Positions 28,611-41,077 are shown, counted from the first letter of the stretch. The stretch is 64,000 nucleotides of DNA from an uncultured Thermoplasmata archaeon (GCA_964602715.1 CAZRSB010000002.1:1309-65308), one strand, 5' to 3'. The notes: generated from the letters alone by a model not told the origin. Program-made: numbers and translations.

Positions 28611-29897
28611 TCAAGAGGTTAAATTCAGCCTTTCTTCTAAAAATTTCAGGACTTCATCCCAGGAACTACGATCCGACTTTCTGTATGCATCAGGTCCACC
28701 ACCTAAACTCATCTTCATATTTCCTGAGTCAGCGATCTCTCTCCCTTTTACAGGCACATATGGACAAGAGATAGCGTGGCCTGCATCCTCAAAATTTAGG
28801 TGTTTGTATTTATAATCGTATCCACTCTCTTTTAAACGTTTGACCGAGATCTCAGATAACTTTCTAGAATCCCACATCTTGTCGTCTCCTCCTGAGATAA
28901 ACAGAATAGGTCCGTCTATATCTTCGACTGGGATAGTTGCCTTTTTCAGATTCTCTTCGTCACTACTCTTCAAACCTTTTGTATAGCTCTTACGCCACAC
29001 TATCGGTTTTCTCAAGATGAACAACCTAAAAAATTGAACCATGCTCTCAAGAAATGAAAGATCTACAAAAGGTAAAGGCTCTCCACCATGAGACCAGGAC
29101 GAACTCGGCTTTTTGAAACTTTCTTGTATGCCTTGGAAAACAACTCCACTTGGGACATAAGTTATAACAGTTTTTAGTTTCTCTATTTTGGAACCTAATA
29201 AAAGAGCTAATTCACCACCTTTTGATGAACCTATGACTGCTATCGGTTCTTCCTGTATTGAATCTCGAGAAGAGAGCCACTCCACAGCATCCTCAAAATA
29301 TTCTACCGGCACATCCATCAATTCATCGGGTAAACCATTTTCCCCATAAATCGCGAGAGCTAAAACTGCGTATCCTTTTGAGGCGAGCAATTTGGTTATT
29401 TTCCCAGTGGGACATTTTCCTTCTGATCCGCTCAATCTGACTACTGCCGGATGAGGACCTGGGCCTTTAGGCTCAAATAATACACCTTCTAGATCTTCTC
29501 TCTCTATCTCGATCCTCTCTACATCATCTGTTCTAATGACTCTCTCGAATCTTTTTTGAGCAACGATCTCCTCGTGGATCTTTACAGAGAAGAGAAATTT
29601 TTCTGAATCGGGATTATCTTCAACATCAGGATTCACTTCAGACCTGTATAAGAAAAGCCCCATAGGTTTTACGCCCTTGTAATCTCCTTCTCTCGGCCTA
29701 TCTTCAGTTAGATCTACCTTGCCTTGACCGTCACTTTTGTAAACTACGTATGAATCTCCATACCTTTTCGAATCGCTAGAGAGTTCAAGCCTTACTCTTT
29801 CATTGGGTGGTAGATTCGTAATCTTCATCTCCAATTTCTCATCGTAGAGAGATCGTTTCGGCAAGCCTTTGATGTGAACATTCGATTTCTCTTTCAT
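28611..29897 (-). CDS. acyl-CoA thioesterase / BAAT-family alpha/beta hydrolase
   Basis: C-terminal alpha/beta-hydrolase region with the nucleophile elbow VIGSSKGGELALLLGS, matching the BAAT/acyl-CoA thioester hydrolase C-terminal domain; an N-terminal beta-sandwich-like region. Confidence 0.5.
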   Translation of the reverse strand: MKEKSNVHIKGLPKRSLYDEKLEMKITNLPPNERVRLELSSDSKRYGDSYVVYKSDGQGKVDLTEDRPREGDYKGVKPMGLFLYRSEVNPDVEDNPDSEKFLFSVKIHEEIVAQKRFERVIRTDDVERIEIEREDLEGVLFEPKGPGPHPAVVRLSGSEGKCPTGKITKLLASKGYAVLALAIYGENGLPDELMDVPVEYFEDAVEWLSSRDSIQEEPIAVIGSSKGGELALLLGSKIEKLKTVITYVPSGVVFQGIQESFKKPSSSWSHGGEPLPFVDLSFLESMVQFFRLFILRKPIVWRKSYTKGLKSSDEENLKKATIPVEDIDGPILFISGGDDKMWDSRKLSEISVKRLKESGYDYKYKHLNFEDAGHAISCPYVPVKGREIADSGNMKMSLGGGPDAYRKSDRSSWDEVLKFLEERLNLTS

Positions 29898-29908
29898 ACT
29901 TTCACCTT

Positions 29909-30202
29909 TTATTCTCTCCCCATCATATCGATCATATTTTCCAATTTATGGATATGCTCTTCTAAGGCCTCTTTACCTTCTTCAGTCAATCGATAAGTCG
30001 TCTTCGGTTTTCTATTCTCAAACTTCTTTTCCATCTTGACGTATTCAGCATCCTCCAATTTACGGAGATGGTTAGCTAGATTTCCCTCAGTTAGTTCTAA
30101 TTCTTCTTTCATCTCTACGAAAGCAGACTCACCTTTAGAGTAGAGGTGGGAAAGTATCTTTAAGCGTGTTGACTGATGAACTAAATTATCGAAATCCATC
30201 AT
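29909..30202 (-). CDS. ArsR/SmtB-type winged-helix transcriptional regulator
   Basis: RLKILSHLYSKGESAFVEMKEELELTEGNLANHLRKLEDAEYV fits the ArsR HTH pattern (L..L..G...v.EL...l.ls....S.HL..L...G.V). Confidence 0.6.
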   Translation of the reverse strand: MMDFDNLVHQSTRLKILSHLYSKGESAFVEMKEELELTEGNLANHLRKLEDAEYVKMEKKFENRKPKTTYRLTEEGKEALEEHIHKLENMIDMMGRE

Positions 30203-30205
30203 CTT

Positions 30206-30841
30206 TCACCGTTTGGACAATACGTAATATGTAGAAAGGGAAAAACCTAGGAACGCGATTCCGTATATCGTCCACATCCATTTTTGAAGGATATAGAAAT
30301 GAGGAACAACAGCGGAAAGGATTACGAAAATTCCTCCCCCTACATAAAATGCGTTCCTATCCTTTTTACGGATGTAATAGGCTTTCAATTGATTCCCCAT
30401 GAGGAAATAATAAGCGCCCATCATCAAAAATATCGTTGATGCTGTGTAGGCAGTAATTTCCACTTGATCTAGTCCATCGAACAAAGGTCCTATATTCCAT
30501 ATTACCACGAAAGCGATCAACAACATCACTAGATAGGGTATCCAGTTACTAGGTTTAGTGCCTGTTTTTATAACTTCCTTTTTTCTGTCTTTCCTGATCT
30601 TTTTCTGTAATATTTGAGAAATACTCACACCTCCAAACCAGATCACAGGATACCAAAGGTTACTTGCACCAGAAAAGGCTACTATCTGGGAAAGCAGACA
30701 TGCGATCCCAACAAATGCACCTACCCATAACCACATTGAGGCCCTGCTTGGATATCTCTCCTTCAGGCCCATAGCATCTTTGATCTCATTTATCTCCTTT
30801 TTTAATGCCTTTTTATCGATCTCCTCCGACATCTTTCTCAC
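30206..30841 (-). CDS. hypothetical membrane protein (about 5 TM helices) co-transcribed with the ArsR-type regulator
   Basis: Hydrophobic helices; 4-bp spacing to the regulator gene on the same strand. Confidence 0.4.
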   Translation of the reverse strand: MRKMSEEIDKKALKKEINEIKDAMGLKERYPSRASMWLWVGAFVGIACLLSQIVAFSGASNLWYPVIWFGGVSISQILQKKIRKDRKKEVIKTGTKPSNWIPYLVMLLIAFVVIWNIGPLFDGLDQVEITAYTASTIFLMMGAYYFLMGNQLKAYYIRKKDRNAFYVGGGIFVILSAVVPHFYILQKWMWTIYGIAFLGFSLSTYYVLSKR

Positions 30842-31001
30842 GTTATAACAAATAATTATCTAATATAAATAACTTTTCTTTACAAAGTACTTTTTAATTT
30901 AATCATATTTGTTTAGTTGGTCTTGACGATAATTTTATCATATTTTCAGAAGAAAATAGTCGAGAAGATTGATTGAATCTATCTTGGAATAGAATCGGAG
31001 A

Positions 31002-32396
31002 TCAAACGAGGGTCAGAAAAGTCCATACTGGTATGAATGCTGTATCATTTTTGTAATCCATCCTGTCCTTGGTGATCACTATTCCTTCTTCACCATGTTT
31101 TTCCTTGAATTTTTTGAGACCTCTAAGATCAGAAGTGCGAACCTCTTCTTTATATTTCACCTCGATGGGGACTGGTTTTTCTTTCTCCAAAACGAAATCG
31201 ACCTCATATTTGTCTCGCCAGTAAAAAAGATCAGCGTCGTATCTGTCAGTCATCGACTCTAGAGCTATCGCGATCAAGTTCTCCATCTCTACCCCCATCT
31301 CTCTCGCATCACTGAGGATTTCGTCATCTTTGCTCAGCAGGGCGTTCCTTAACCCTGTATCCGCCATGTATATCTTTTTTCTCGACCTTATCCTTTTCTG
31401 ATATGATGATGTGTAATTTTGATGGATATGTATCAGAAAAGAATTTTCAAGGTAAGTCATATAATTGGATATAGTCTCATTTCTAGCTCCCAGGTCCTGC
31501 GAAAGGGAATTATAACTGAATAAACTCGAGCTCTCAGCCGCTACATATTGAATCAGCGAGACCAGGAGTTTTCTATTTCGGACATCATAAATTTCGGGTA
31601 TATCTCGAAAAAGTACTCTATCCACCACGTCTTCTTTAAGAAATCTCTGCCAAAGATCTATTTTATCAACGCTGAACGTTTCGGGGAAACCGCCTCTTAT
31701 CAGATATCTATTTAGGTTAGATCGGACATCTTCCTTCAAAAGATTCAGTTCATATCTGCAGTTTTCAACGGCATCGTATGCTTCCTCGTTACTCCTGAGC
31801 AATCTTTTCTGAAACTCTTCTCTGTGATCACCTAAATCCAACTCTACACCGCTGAAACTCATGAAATCATAGAAGGAAAGTGGAGGGAGTCTGACTGTAT
31901 GGATCCTCCCTACCAGACTTTCTTTAGATCTCTTGATCTTGAGTGAAGATGAACCGCTGATAAATATCTTCACGTCCTCTCTATCCCAAATATTTTTCAA
32001 TTCCAATTCCCACGTCTCGTCGAATTCTATCTCATCCAAAAAAAGATAGGTCATGCCTTCGTCTTTTTTGACTTTATTTTTGTAGACTTCGAAGATCCTT
32101 TTGACGGGTTTTTTTAAATCGATGAGAGTTACATCGTCTAGACTCGCATAGAGAACGTTTTCTTTGCTCTCATCATCGAGAAGGTGATCTATCAACTGAT
32201 ACAACAGTGTTGTCTTTCCCACCCGTCTGAGACCTATAAGTGAAGTGATCCGATCTTCGTCGATAAATGACTGGAGTTCACTAAAAATCTTTCTCTTCTT
32301 ATCTTCCTTCAGATGTTTCGGAACCCGGTTCGTCTGCCACCAGGGATTCATCTTGACCAAGACCTGCAGTAACTCTTCGTCAGTGAGCATGATCAC
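31002..32396 (-). CDS. AAA+ ATPase of the AAA_14/DUF4143 family
   Basis: Walker A GLRRVGKTTLLYQL and Walker B LFLDEIEF. The C-terminal region with YMADTGLRNALL is typical of the DUF4143 domain. Confidence 0.65.
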   Translation of the reverse strand: MIMLTDEELLQVLVKMNPWWQTNRVPKHLKEDKKRKIFSELQSFIDEDRITSLIGLRRVGKTTLLYQLIDHLLDDESKENVLYASLDDVTLIDLKKPVKRIFEVYKNKVKKDEGMTYLFLDEIEFDETWELELKNIWDREDVKIFISGSSSLKIKRSKESLVGRIHTVRLPPLSFYDFMSFSGVELDLGDHREEFQKRLLRSNEEAYDAVENCRYELNLLKEDVRSNLNRYLIRGGFPETFSVDKIDLWQRFLKEDVVDRVLFRDIPEIYDVRNRKLLVSLIQYVAAESSSLFSYNSLSQDLGARNETISNYMTYLENSFLIHIHQNYTSSYQKRIRSRKKIYMADTGLRNALLSKDDEILSDAREMGVEMENLIAIALESMTDRYDADLFYWRDKYEVDFVLEKEKPVPIEVKYKEEVRTSDLRGLKKFKEKHGEEGIVITKDRMDYKNDTAFIPVWTFLTLV

Positions 32397-32571
32397 ACCT
32401 TTACTATTACAATAGTAAACTTTATTAATTAATTTTGCGGTTACAAACGTAAATCATTTTAGTGTTTTTGCATCATATATCGGGAAAGTTCATAACGTAG
32501 ATCGGGCATCATCAACTCCGCTAAGTGAAATCGCAACAGTAGTTTCAAGCAAAAACAGAGGTTCTACCAAT

Positions 32572-33717
32572 CTACCCGACTACGGCGCCTTCTTCTTCAA
32601 GATCCATGTCCTCGAATCTTTCGACCCTCAACCGCTCTATATCCATCGATGGTTTTTCTCCAAGTACCAATTCAGCCGTTACCTTGGTCACCATAGGAGA
32701 GACCATGAAGCCGTGTCCGCTAAAACCATTTATCTGATAAAAACGTTCGACTTCAGGGACTGAACCCAATATAGGCTGAGCATCCGGTGTGGTATCATAT
32801 AGACCACCCCATTGTCTTATCATGTTAACAGCACTGAATCTTGGAATGAAATCTAGTAATGTATCTGAGAACTTCTTTAGAAACCACAAACTTCCTTTTT
32901 GGTTGATTCCAGGTTCCTCGTTTGGATTACCTATACCGCCGACAACGTTCCCGTGTTCGCTCTGACTGAAATAGATTCCGTGTTTAAAAGATATTACCAT
33001 AGGATCTAAAAAACGCTCATAAGGTTCTGTTACCATTATCTCGTGTCTAACAGGCTCGTTTGGGATCTCAGCTCCGGCCATCTTCGCGATCTTAGAAGAC
33101 CATCCTCCCGCAGCATTTATCACAGTATCTGTCTTTATATCTCCACTTTCTGTTTTCACTGTTTTGATCTCCTTTCCTTCTGTAACTATATCGGTGACTT
33201 CCGTATGTTCTTTTATATCGATACCCATCTCTCTTATTCGGTTTGCGTAACCATGGATCACTTTGAATGGGTATATGGTGCCGTCACTTTGGTTGAAGGT
33301 CGCAGCTACGACATCCGAGATGTCCAACTCCGGCACTATTCCCTTCGCTTCCTCTGGAGTCAAAAACTCGCTTTCCACTCCCAAACTGTTCTGCCTCTTC
33401 ACGTTTTCTTTGAACTCTTTGGCTTCCTCATCATCGAAAGCTAGAACTAGATATCCTCCTTGGTAGAATTCCAGGTCTTCTTCCAGTTCCTTATCTAATT
33501 CTTCGAACATCTTTCTGCTTTCCCTAGCTAATTTTATATTTTCTTCAGAGGTCCACTGCTGTCTTATACCCCCTCCGTTTCTTCCAGAAGCACCATAGCC
33601 TAGGTAGGACTTATCTAGAACTAGAACATCGGTAAATCCTTTTTTACCTAGATGATAAGCTGTTCCAAGACCGTTGACCCCTCCACCGATGATCACCGTT
33701 TCATAATTTTCAGTCAT
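32572..33717 (-). CDS. FAD-dependent amino-acid/amine dehydrogenase, beta subunit (DadA/sarcosine-oxidase-beta-like; L-proline dehydrogenase-like)
   Basis: Begins TVIIGGGVNGLGTAYHL (FAD dinucleotide-binding motif). About 381 aa (~43 kDa). Lies in a four-gene cluster with 2Fe-2S / 4Fe-4S / FAD-NAD subunits. Confidence 0.65.
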   Translation of the reverse strand: MTENYETVIIGGGVNGLGTAYHLGKKGFTDVLVLDKSYLGYGASGRNGGGIRQQWTSEENIKLARESRKMFEELDKELEEDLEFYQGGYLVLAFDDEEAKEFKENVKRQNSLGVESEFLTPEEAKGIVPELDISDVVAATFNQSDGTIYPFKVIHGYANRIREMGIDIKEHTEVTDIVTEGKEIKTVKTESGDIKTDTVINAAGGWSSKIAKMAGAEIPNEPVRHEIMVTEPYERFLDPMVISFKHGIYFSQSEHGNVVGGIGNPNEEPGINQKGSLWFLKKFSDTLLDFIPRFSAVNMIRQWGGLYDTTPDAQPILGSVPEVERFYQINGFSGHGFMVSPMVTKVTAELVLGEKPSMDIERLRVERFEDMDLEEEGAVVG

Positions 33718-33988
33718 CGTCTTTACCTCCTTCTGGTGAAGCTAAGAGAGAAAATGGTACAGGTCTTGAAGGAGGTCTAGCAGTAGGTTCTTTGATCTCA
33801 TCGATATCTTTACCTGTTTCCCTCATCAATACCCTACGAGCCAAGATCAAACATGAGTTTCCTTGACATGGTCCCATACCCAATCTTAAATGTCTCTTTA
33901 ATTTTTCTAATTCATCATAACCTTTATCTATAGCTTCGATTACATCTTCTTCTGTAAGATCTTCGCACCTACATATTATAGTAGTCAT
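33710..33988 (-). CDS. small [2Fe-2S] BFD-like subunit (delta-like) of the dehydrogenase complex
   Basis: 92 aa with CRCEDLT...CQGNSC cysteine motifs. Overlaps its neighbours by 4-8 bp, which suggests translational coupling. Confidence 0.5.
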   Translation of the reverse strand: MTTIICRCEDLTEEDVIEAIDKGYDELEKLKRHLRLGMGPCQGNSCLILARRVLMRETGKDIDEIKEPTARPPSRPVPFSLLASPEGGKDDD

Positions 33989-34461
33989 TTTATCACCTCG
34001 AAACCTCTAACTTGCCAAACATTTTCTTTATCGATTTCTAAAGTTATTCCGTATGTTTTATCTGATCTTCTAACACCAGTGACTTCAGCCCTCTGAACTT
34101 CCTCTCCCATTCGATTTAGAGCTCTCACTTCGTCCCCTTTCTCGGGTACAGGGAGGTATTCATAGGGCAATGTGATTTTACACCTTTCCTCGCTGTAACT
34201 GCAGTCGACCACGAAGATAGCTAATCCCGGGCACTCGGTCACACAAAGCGCACAGCCGGTGCATTCTTCGAAGTCTATATCTGGAGTATCGGTTATCTCG
34301 TCCATATCTATCGCGCCGAAGTTGCACGTAGCTACGCACGGGTCACAAGGGATGTTCTCCACGCACTCTATTATAACTACGGGACCTTCCTTCAATCGTT
34401 CCTTGCTGGGCTTATCTATATGTTCCGATCTTACTATACCATCATTCTTATGATCACTCAT
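33985..34461 (-). CDS. ferredoxin-like iron-sulfur subunit (gamma-like) of the dehydrogenase complex
   Basis: 158 aa with CTGCALCVTECPG (4Fe-4S type) plus additional Cys clusters (CDPCVATC). Confidence 0.55.
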   Translation of the reverse strand: MSDHKNDGIVRSEHIDKPSKERLKEGPVVIIECVENIPCDPCVATCNFGAIDMDEITDTPDIDFEECTGCALCVTECPGLAIFVVDCSYSEERCKITLPYEYLPVPEKGDEVRALNRMGEEVQRAEVTGVRRSDKTYGITLEIDKENVWQVRGFEVIK

Positions 34462-34507
34462 CCGTAAGTCACCTCTTTAATCGAGGATGGAAGGATGAAA
34501 TCTTTAA

Positions 34508-35944
34508 TCATCCGCACACCTCCTCATCTACAGTACAGGTTTTTATTCCTTGTCTAGGGGCTTCTCCATATGGGCCTTTACGCATCTGTTTTAATCCTCT
34601 TTGGGCTTCTTTTTTTGAGATAACGGTGTCTTCAGTTTCACCCTTGACGTGTTCGTACACTGCCGCTCCAGCTATCTTTCCTTCTAACGCTGCGACAGTA
34701 GCTTCTTCTATCCCTGCAGCATCACCTGCTACGTAAATCCCTCTTTCAGTCGTCATCATCTCTTCTGTTCTCAGAGGTACCCATCCTCCTAGTTGGGGGA
34801 CATAATCCATTTCACAACCGGCCTGTCTTAAAAAGCCAACATCTGGGCTCAATCCTACTGCCAAACAGATCACATCACATTCTATCTCTTTTTCTGTTCC
34901 CTCTATTGGGTTCCAGTTTTCATCGATTTTTTGTATGACTGCACCCTCTACACTTTTTTCTCCTATCGCCTTTTTTATGGTATGATTGGTACTGATCGGC
35001 ACTCCTGCTCTCCTTATCTTAGAAGCATGTACCTGGTACCCACCTATTTCAGGCAAAGCTTCTATCACTTCCACAACATCAACGCCAGCCTGTAATAGCT
35101 GATAAGTTACGATCAATCCTACATTTCCAGAACCTACCATTAGGACTTTATCTCCTGGAACTATACCTTCTTCGTTCATCAATGTTTGTACTCCTCCTGC
35201 TCCGTAAACTCCAGGAAGATCGTTATTTTCAAATGCTAGAAAGTCTTCTAAAGCGCCAGCTGCGTAAATGATCCCTTCTCCCTCATATATTTCTAATCTT
35301 TCATTTGCTCTAATGACTACCTTTTTCTCAGGGTAATATCCTAGTACCTTTGCTTCAGTATGTATTTTTACTCCGGCTTCTTCAGCTTTTTCTACCAGTT
35401 CTTCACCTATTTTTACACCTCTCGTACCAGCGTCTTCTTCATGACTACCAAAGAATTGATGTGTTTGTTTAACCAACTGTCCTCCTAGGTCATCGCTCTG
35501 ATCAAAAAGATGGACATCGGCTCCATTTCTTCCTGCGATTATACCTGCCATGAGCCCAGCTGGTCCACCTCCAATGATTATCACATCAACATCTTCCTCG
35601 TACCTTTCTTTTCCTCTACCAACGTCTATTTTGGGGAATTCAGCTTTAGAACCCGTTCTTTCCACTTTCATACCCTCTTCCGCAAGGGTCGTACAAGTTC
35701 TAACATTTGGAATACCATCAACTTTCATCAAACACGAAGAACATTTTCCAATAGCACAGAAAAACCCTCTTGGTCGTTCATGTTTTTTACTTTTAGTGAA
35801 CTCTTTTACCCCTTCAGCATAGAGTGCTGAAGCTATAGTTTCTCCTTCATATGCTTTTATTTTTTCATCTTCGAAATCGAAATAGAAGCTATCATCTTTA
35901 GCAAATTCTATTATAGGATGCTGGAAAATTCTTTTTCTGCACAT
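34508..35944 (-). CDS. FAD/NAD(P)-binding oxidoreductase alpha subunit with an N-terminal 2Fe-2S domain (sarcosine-oxidase-alpha / HcnB / PDH1-alpha-like)
   Basis: N-terminal CAIGKCSSCLMKVDG...C 2Fe-2S motif; IIIGGGPAGLMAG and a second GSGNVGL dinucleotide-binding motif. 478 aa (~54 kDa). Confidence 0.65.
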   Translation of the reverse strand: MCRKRIFQHPIIEFAKDDSFYFDFEDEKIKAYEGETIASALYAEGVKEFTKSKKHERPRGFFCAIGKCSSCLMKVDGIPNVRTCTTLAEEGMKVERTGSKAEFPKIDVGRGKERYEEDVDVIIIGGGPAGLMAGIIAGRNGADVHLFDQSDDLGGQLVKQTHQFFGSHEEDAGTRGVKIGEELVEKAEEAGVKIHTEAKVLGYYPEKKVVIRANERLEIYEGEGIIYAAGALEDFLAFENNDLPGVYGAGGVQTLMNEEGIVPGDKVLMVGSGNVGLIVTYQLLQAGVDVVEVIEALPEIGGYQVHASKIRRAGVPISTNHTIKKAIGEKSVEGAVIQKIDENWNPIEGTEKEIECDVICLAVGLSPDVGFLRQAGCEMDYVPQLGGWVPLRTEEMMTTERGIYVAGDAAGIEEATVAALEGKIAGAAVYEHVKGETEDTVISKKEAQRGLKQMRKGPYGEAPRQGIKTCTVDEEVCG

Positions 35945-36077
35945 TTAGACACCTTTCTCTCGATTTATTTAAGAGATAAAAACATTTTGTTCTATTTTCA
36001 CTTTTTTTGGGAATTTTGCACTTTTGCACGGATATTTGACCAACAAAGCAATATATCCTTTATCAAATGACTAAAGG

Positions 36078-36368
36078 ATGAAGTGGTATCTTTGCAAAGA
36101 GTGTAATAACATCTCTGAAAATAGACAAGATTGTCCTTCTTGTGGTGACGAGATGGAAAAAGTTAAGATATCTAGAGGTCTTGAAGGTTCTATACCATTC
36201 ATACTGGCAGGATTAGCTGCTTCACTTCTTTTAGTGAGTTTTATCATTGATCGATATACCTTGATCTGGTTTGCTTTTCCTCTAATAGGGGCGGGATTGA
36301 TCTATGATCATCTCTATGAGAAACAGATGAAAAAGATTTTAAAAAATAAAATAAAAAAGGAAAAATGA
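36078..36368 (+). CDS. small zinc-ribbon membrane protein
   Basis: CKEC...CPSCGD zinc ribbon followed by two TM helices and a Lys-rich tail. Confidence 0.4.
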   Translation: MKWYLCKECNNISENRQDCPSCGDEMEKVKISRGLEGSIPFILAGLAASLLLVSFIIDRYTLIWFAFPLIGAGLIYDHLYEKQMKKILKNKIKKEK

Positions 36369-36529
36369 GTAAATGGTCTTATATTTTTCTTTAAATACCC
36401 AGAAGGCAAAAAGATTAATATACTTCTAATACATGACAAATAATGTTACCTGAGGAGTTTTTCGGACTCTTCTGGGATGCACTCAAAAATGGATTTATAA
36501 GATCGGGACTTGTTAAGAAGGAAGGTTAA

Positions 36530-38452
<1,923 letters not shown>

Positions 38453-38461
38453 TGTGATAAG

Positions 38462-40933
38462 ATGGTTACAGAGTCAGAAAATGAGCAGATAGCTGATGAA
38501 GTGTTTGATAAGAGTTTAGAAGATGAGATGGAGAGTTCATACATCAATTATGCGATGAGTGTAATAGTGGGCAGGGCATTACCTGATGTTAGGGATGGCT
38601 TAAAACCTGTCCATAGAAGGATATTATACTCAATGAGACAAGAAGGCTTATCTTCAGATAAGTCACATAAAAAATCAGCACGTGTTGTGGGTGATGTATT
38701 AGGTAAATATCATCCTCATGGTGATCGGGCAGTTTATGATGCTCTTGTCAGGATGTCTCAGGATTTCTCTTTAAGATATCCATTGATTGATGGTCAGGGT
38801 AATTTTGGTTCTTTAGATGGAGATGAACCCGCTGCCATGCGTTATACTGAAGCTAGACTGGAGGAACTAGCCGAAGAATTGATGGAGGATTTAGATAAAA
38901 ATACTGTTGAATTTAGAGATAACTACGATGGTACACTAGAAGAACCCACTGTATTACCTTCTAAATTACCTAATTTACTTCTAAATGGCTCGAGTGGAAT
39001 CGCCGTTGGTATGTCCACTAATATACCTCCTCACAATCTCAATGAACTCGTTGCTGCGATCAAATTACTCATAGATGAACCGGAATCTGAAATAACGGAT
39101 TTGATGGAAAAATTACCAGGTCCGGATTTTCCTACGGGAGGTATAATCCATGGATATAATGGAGTATATAACGCCTATAAAGAGGGTAAAGGAAAGATAA
39201 AGGTAAGGGCAAAAACGAAGATAGAAGACCTAAGAGGTAAACGAAGTAGATTGGTGATAGAAGAAATACCTTACCAAGTTAATAAAGCTAAACTCGTAGA
39301 AAGCATAGCTAAGTTGGTAAAAGATGATGTTATCACTGATATATCGGATTTAAGGGATGAATCAGATAGGGATGGGGTCAGAGTTGTGATCGATCTTAAG
39401 AGAGGTGTTATCCCTGATGTGGTTTTGAACAAGCTTTATAAACATACTCAGATGGAGGTCACCTTTGGTGTTATCAATCTTGCACTCGTAGATGATGAAC
39501 CCCAGATCCTTGATCTTAAAGAAACTCTACAGCACTTTATAGATCATAGAGTCGATGTCATAACGCGGCGCACAAAATACGATCTTGAAAAGGCCCAAGA
39601 TAGAGCACACATATTAGAAGGTCTGCTGACAGCTTTAGACAATCTAGATAAAGTGATCAGTATAATCAGATCATCTGAGGAGCAGTCGAAAGCCAAAGAA
39701 AGGCTGATGTCCGAATTTTTATTGAGTAGTGATCAGGCTCAAGCGATACTTAACATGCGCTTGAGGAGATTGACAGGGATGGAAAGGGATAACCTACAGA
39801 CTGAATATGAAGAACTTCAAGAAGATATCAAAAAATATAAGGAGATACTGGGAGATAAGGATCGAATCCTAAGTATCATCAAAGAAGAACTTGACGAGAT
39901 GGCCGAAAAATACGGGGATAAAAGAAGGACTGAGATAGATAAAGATGCGGTAGAAGTGGAGACTGAAGACCTAATACCGGAAGAAAAATTGGTAATAACG
40001 CTCACCCAAAGAGGTTACATAAAGAGGTCCTCTGTAGACAAATACAGAAAGCAGAGACGGGGCGGAGTGGGTTTGATCGGTATGGATACAAAAGAGGAAG
40101 ATCACGTTGTAGATCTATTCGTTACGAGTTCCCACGATTATCTTTTATTCTTTACTGACAAGGGGAGAGTCTATTGGCTCAAAGCATACAAACTACCAAA
40201 GGGCAATAGGAGAGCTAAAGGTAGACCTATAGTCAATATGCTACCTAGATTGGATGATGATGAAGAGATAGAGGATCTTATCCCCGTGAGCGAATTTTCT
40301 GAAGACAAATATCTATTGTTCTCTACCAAAAAGGGTAAGATAAAGAGAACTTCATTAAAAGAGTATAGCAATCCAAGGGTCACAGGGATTTGGGCGATCA
40401 AGCTTCAGGAAAATGATGAACTAGTTGAAACTAAATTATCTGATGGTTCAAAAGACGTAGTCCTTGGAACTAAAAATGGTCAGGCGGTGAGATTTGATGA
40501 AGAAGACGTTAGGCCCACAGGTAGATATACTATGGGTGTTAAAGGAGCCGAATTGAGGGATGATGACGAAGTGGTGAGTATGACACTAGTTGAGGAGGAT
40601 GATACAATCCTAACCATAACTAGCAAAGGGTACGGTAAACGCTCTAAGATTGAAAATTACCGCAAAACCAATCGAGGAGCGAAAGGTGTGATCACGATGA
40701 AGACCTGTGAGAGAAACGGCAAAGTCGTTTGTGTAAGAAAGATTGAAGATGATGATGAAATAGTCCTGCTAAGCAAGAAAGGCATGATAATAAGAACCCA
40801 GGCTTCAGACATAAGCAGACAGGGAAGAAATACGATGGGTGTTAAAGTGATGGAAATAAAAGAGAACGATAGGTTGGAAGCGATGTCTACAATAGTTGGT
40901 CATGAGAAAGAAAAAGAGATTTTAGAGGAATGA
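38462..40933 (+). CDS. gyrA: DNA gyrase subunit A
   Basis: [26 protein letters not shown] active-site region; C-terminal beta-pinwheel repeats; immediately downstream of gyrB. Confidence 0.95.
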   Translation: MVTESENEQIADEVFDKSLEDEMESSYINYAMSVIVGRALPDVRDGLKPVHRRILYSMRQEGLSSDKSHKKSARVVGDVLGKYHPHGDRAVYDALVRMSQDFSLRYPLIDGQGNFGSLDGDEPAAMRYTEARLEELAEELMEDLDKNTVEFRDNYDGTLEEPTVLPSKLPNLLLNGSSGIAVGMSTNIPPHNLNELVAAIKLLIDEPESEITDLMEKLPGPDFPTGGIIHGYNGVYNAYKEGKGKIKVRAKTKIEDLRGKRSRLVIEEIPYQVNKAKLVESIAKLVKDDVITDISDLRDESDRDGVRVVIDLKRGVIPDVVLNKLYKHTQMEVTFGVINLALVDDEPQILDLKETLQHFIDHRVDVITRRTKYDLEKAQDRAHILEGLLTALDNLDKVISIIRSSEEQSKAKERLMSEFLLSSDQAQAILNMRLRRLTGMERDNLQTEYEELQEDIKKYKEILGDKDRILSIIKEELDEMAEKYGDKRRTEIDKDAVEVETEDLIPEEKLVITLTQRGYIKRSSVDKYRKQRRGGVGLIGMDTKEEDHVVDLFVTSSHDYLLFFTDKGRVYWLKAYKLPKGNRRAKGRPIVNMLPRLDDDEEIEDLIPVSEFSEDKYLLFSTKKGKIKRTSLKEYSNPRVTGIWAIKLQENDELVETKLSDGSKDVVLGTKNGQAVRFDEEDVRPTGRYTMGVKGAELRDDDEVVSMTLVEEDDTILTITSKGYGKRSKIENYRKTNRGAKGVITMKTCERNGKVVCVRKIEDDDEIVLLSKKGMIIRTQASDISRQGRNTMGVKVMEIKENDRLEAMSTIVGHEKEKEILEE

Positions 40934-41002
40934 GCCGAAAAACTCTTATTACTCCACAAGTTGAGAGAGGAATGAAATAGTACTTAGTATTGACTAAATC
41001 AT

Positions 41003-41077
41003 GGGCGCGTGGCCTAGCCTGGATAAGGCGCTGCCCTTCTAAGGCAGACGTCATGGGTTCGAATCCCATCGCGTCCG
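41003..41077 (+). tRNA. tRNA-Arg (anticodon TCT), with no CCA encoded
   Basis: Manual fold: acceptor GGGCGCG/CGCGTCC (one G-U pair); D-stem GCCT/AGGC; anticodon stem CTGCC/GGCAG with loop CTTCTAA (anticodon TCT); 5-nt variable loop; T-arm ATGGG-TTCGAAT-CCCAT; discriminator G. Confidence 0.85.

Noticed and set aside
41003-41077. Possible tRNA intron or CCA-encoded end
   Set aside because: The cloverleaf closes with a canonical 7-nt anticodon loop and no insertion. The sequence after the discriminator is CTA, not CCA.
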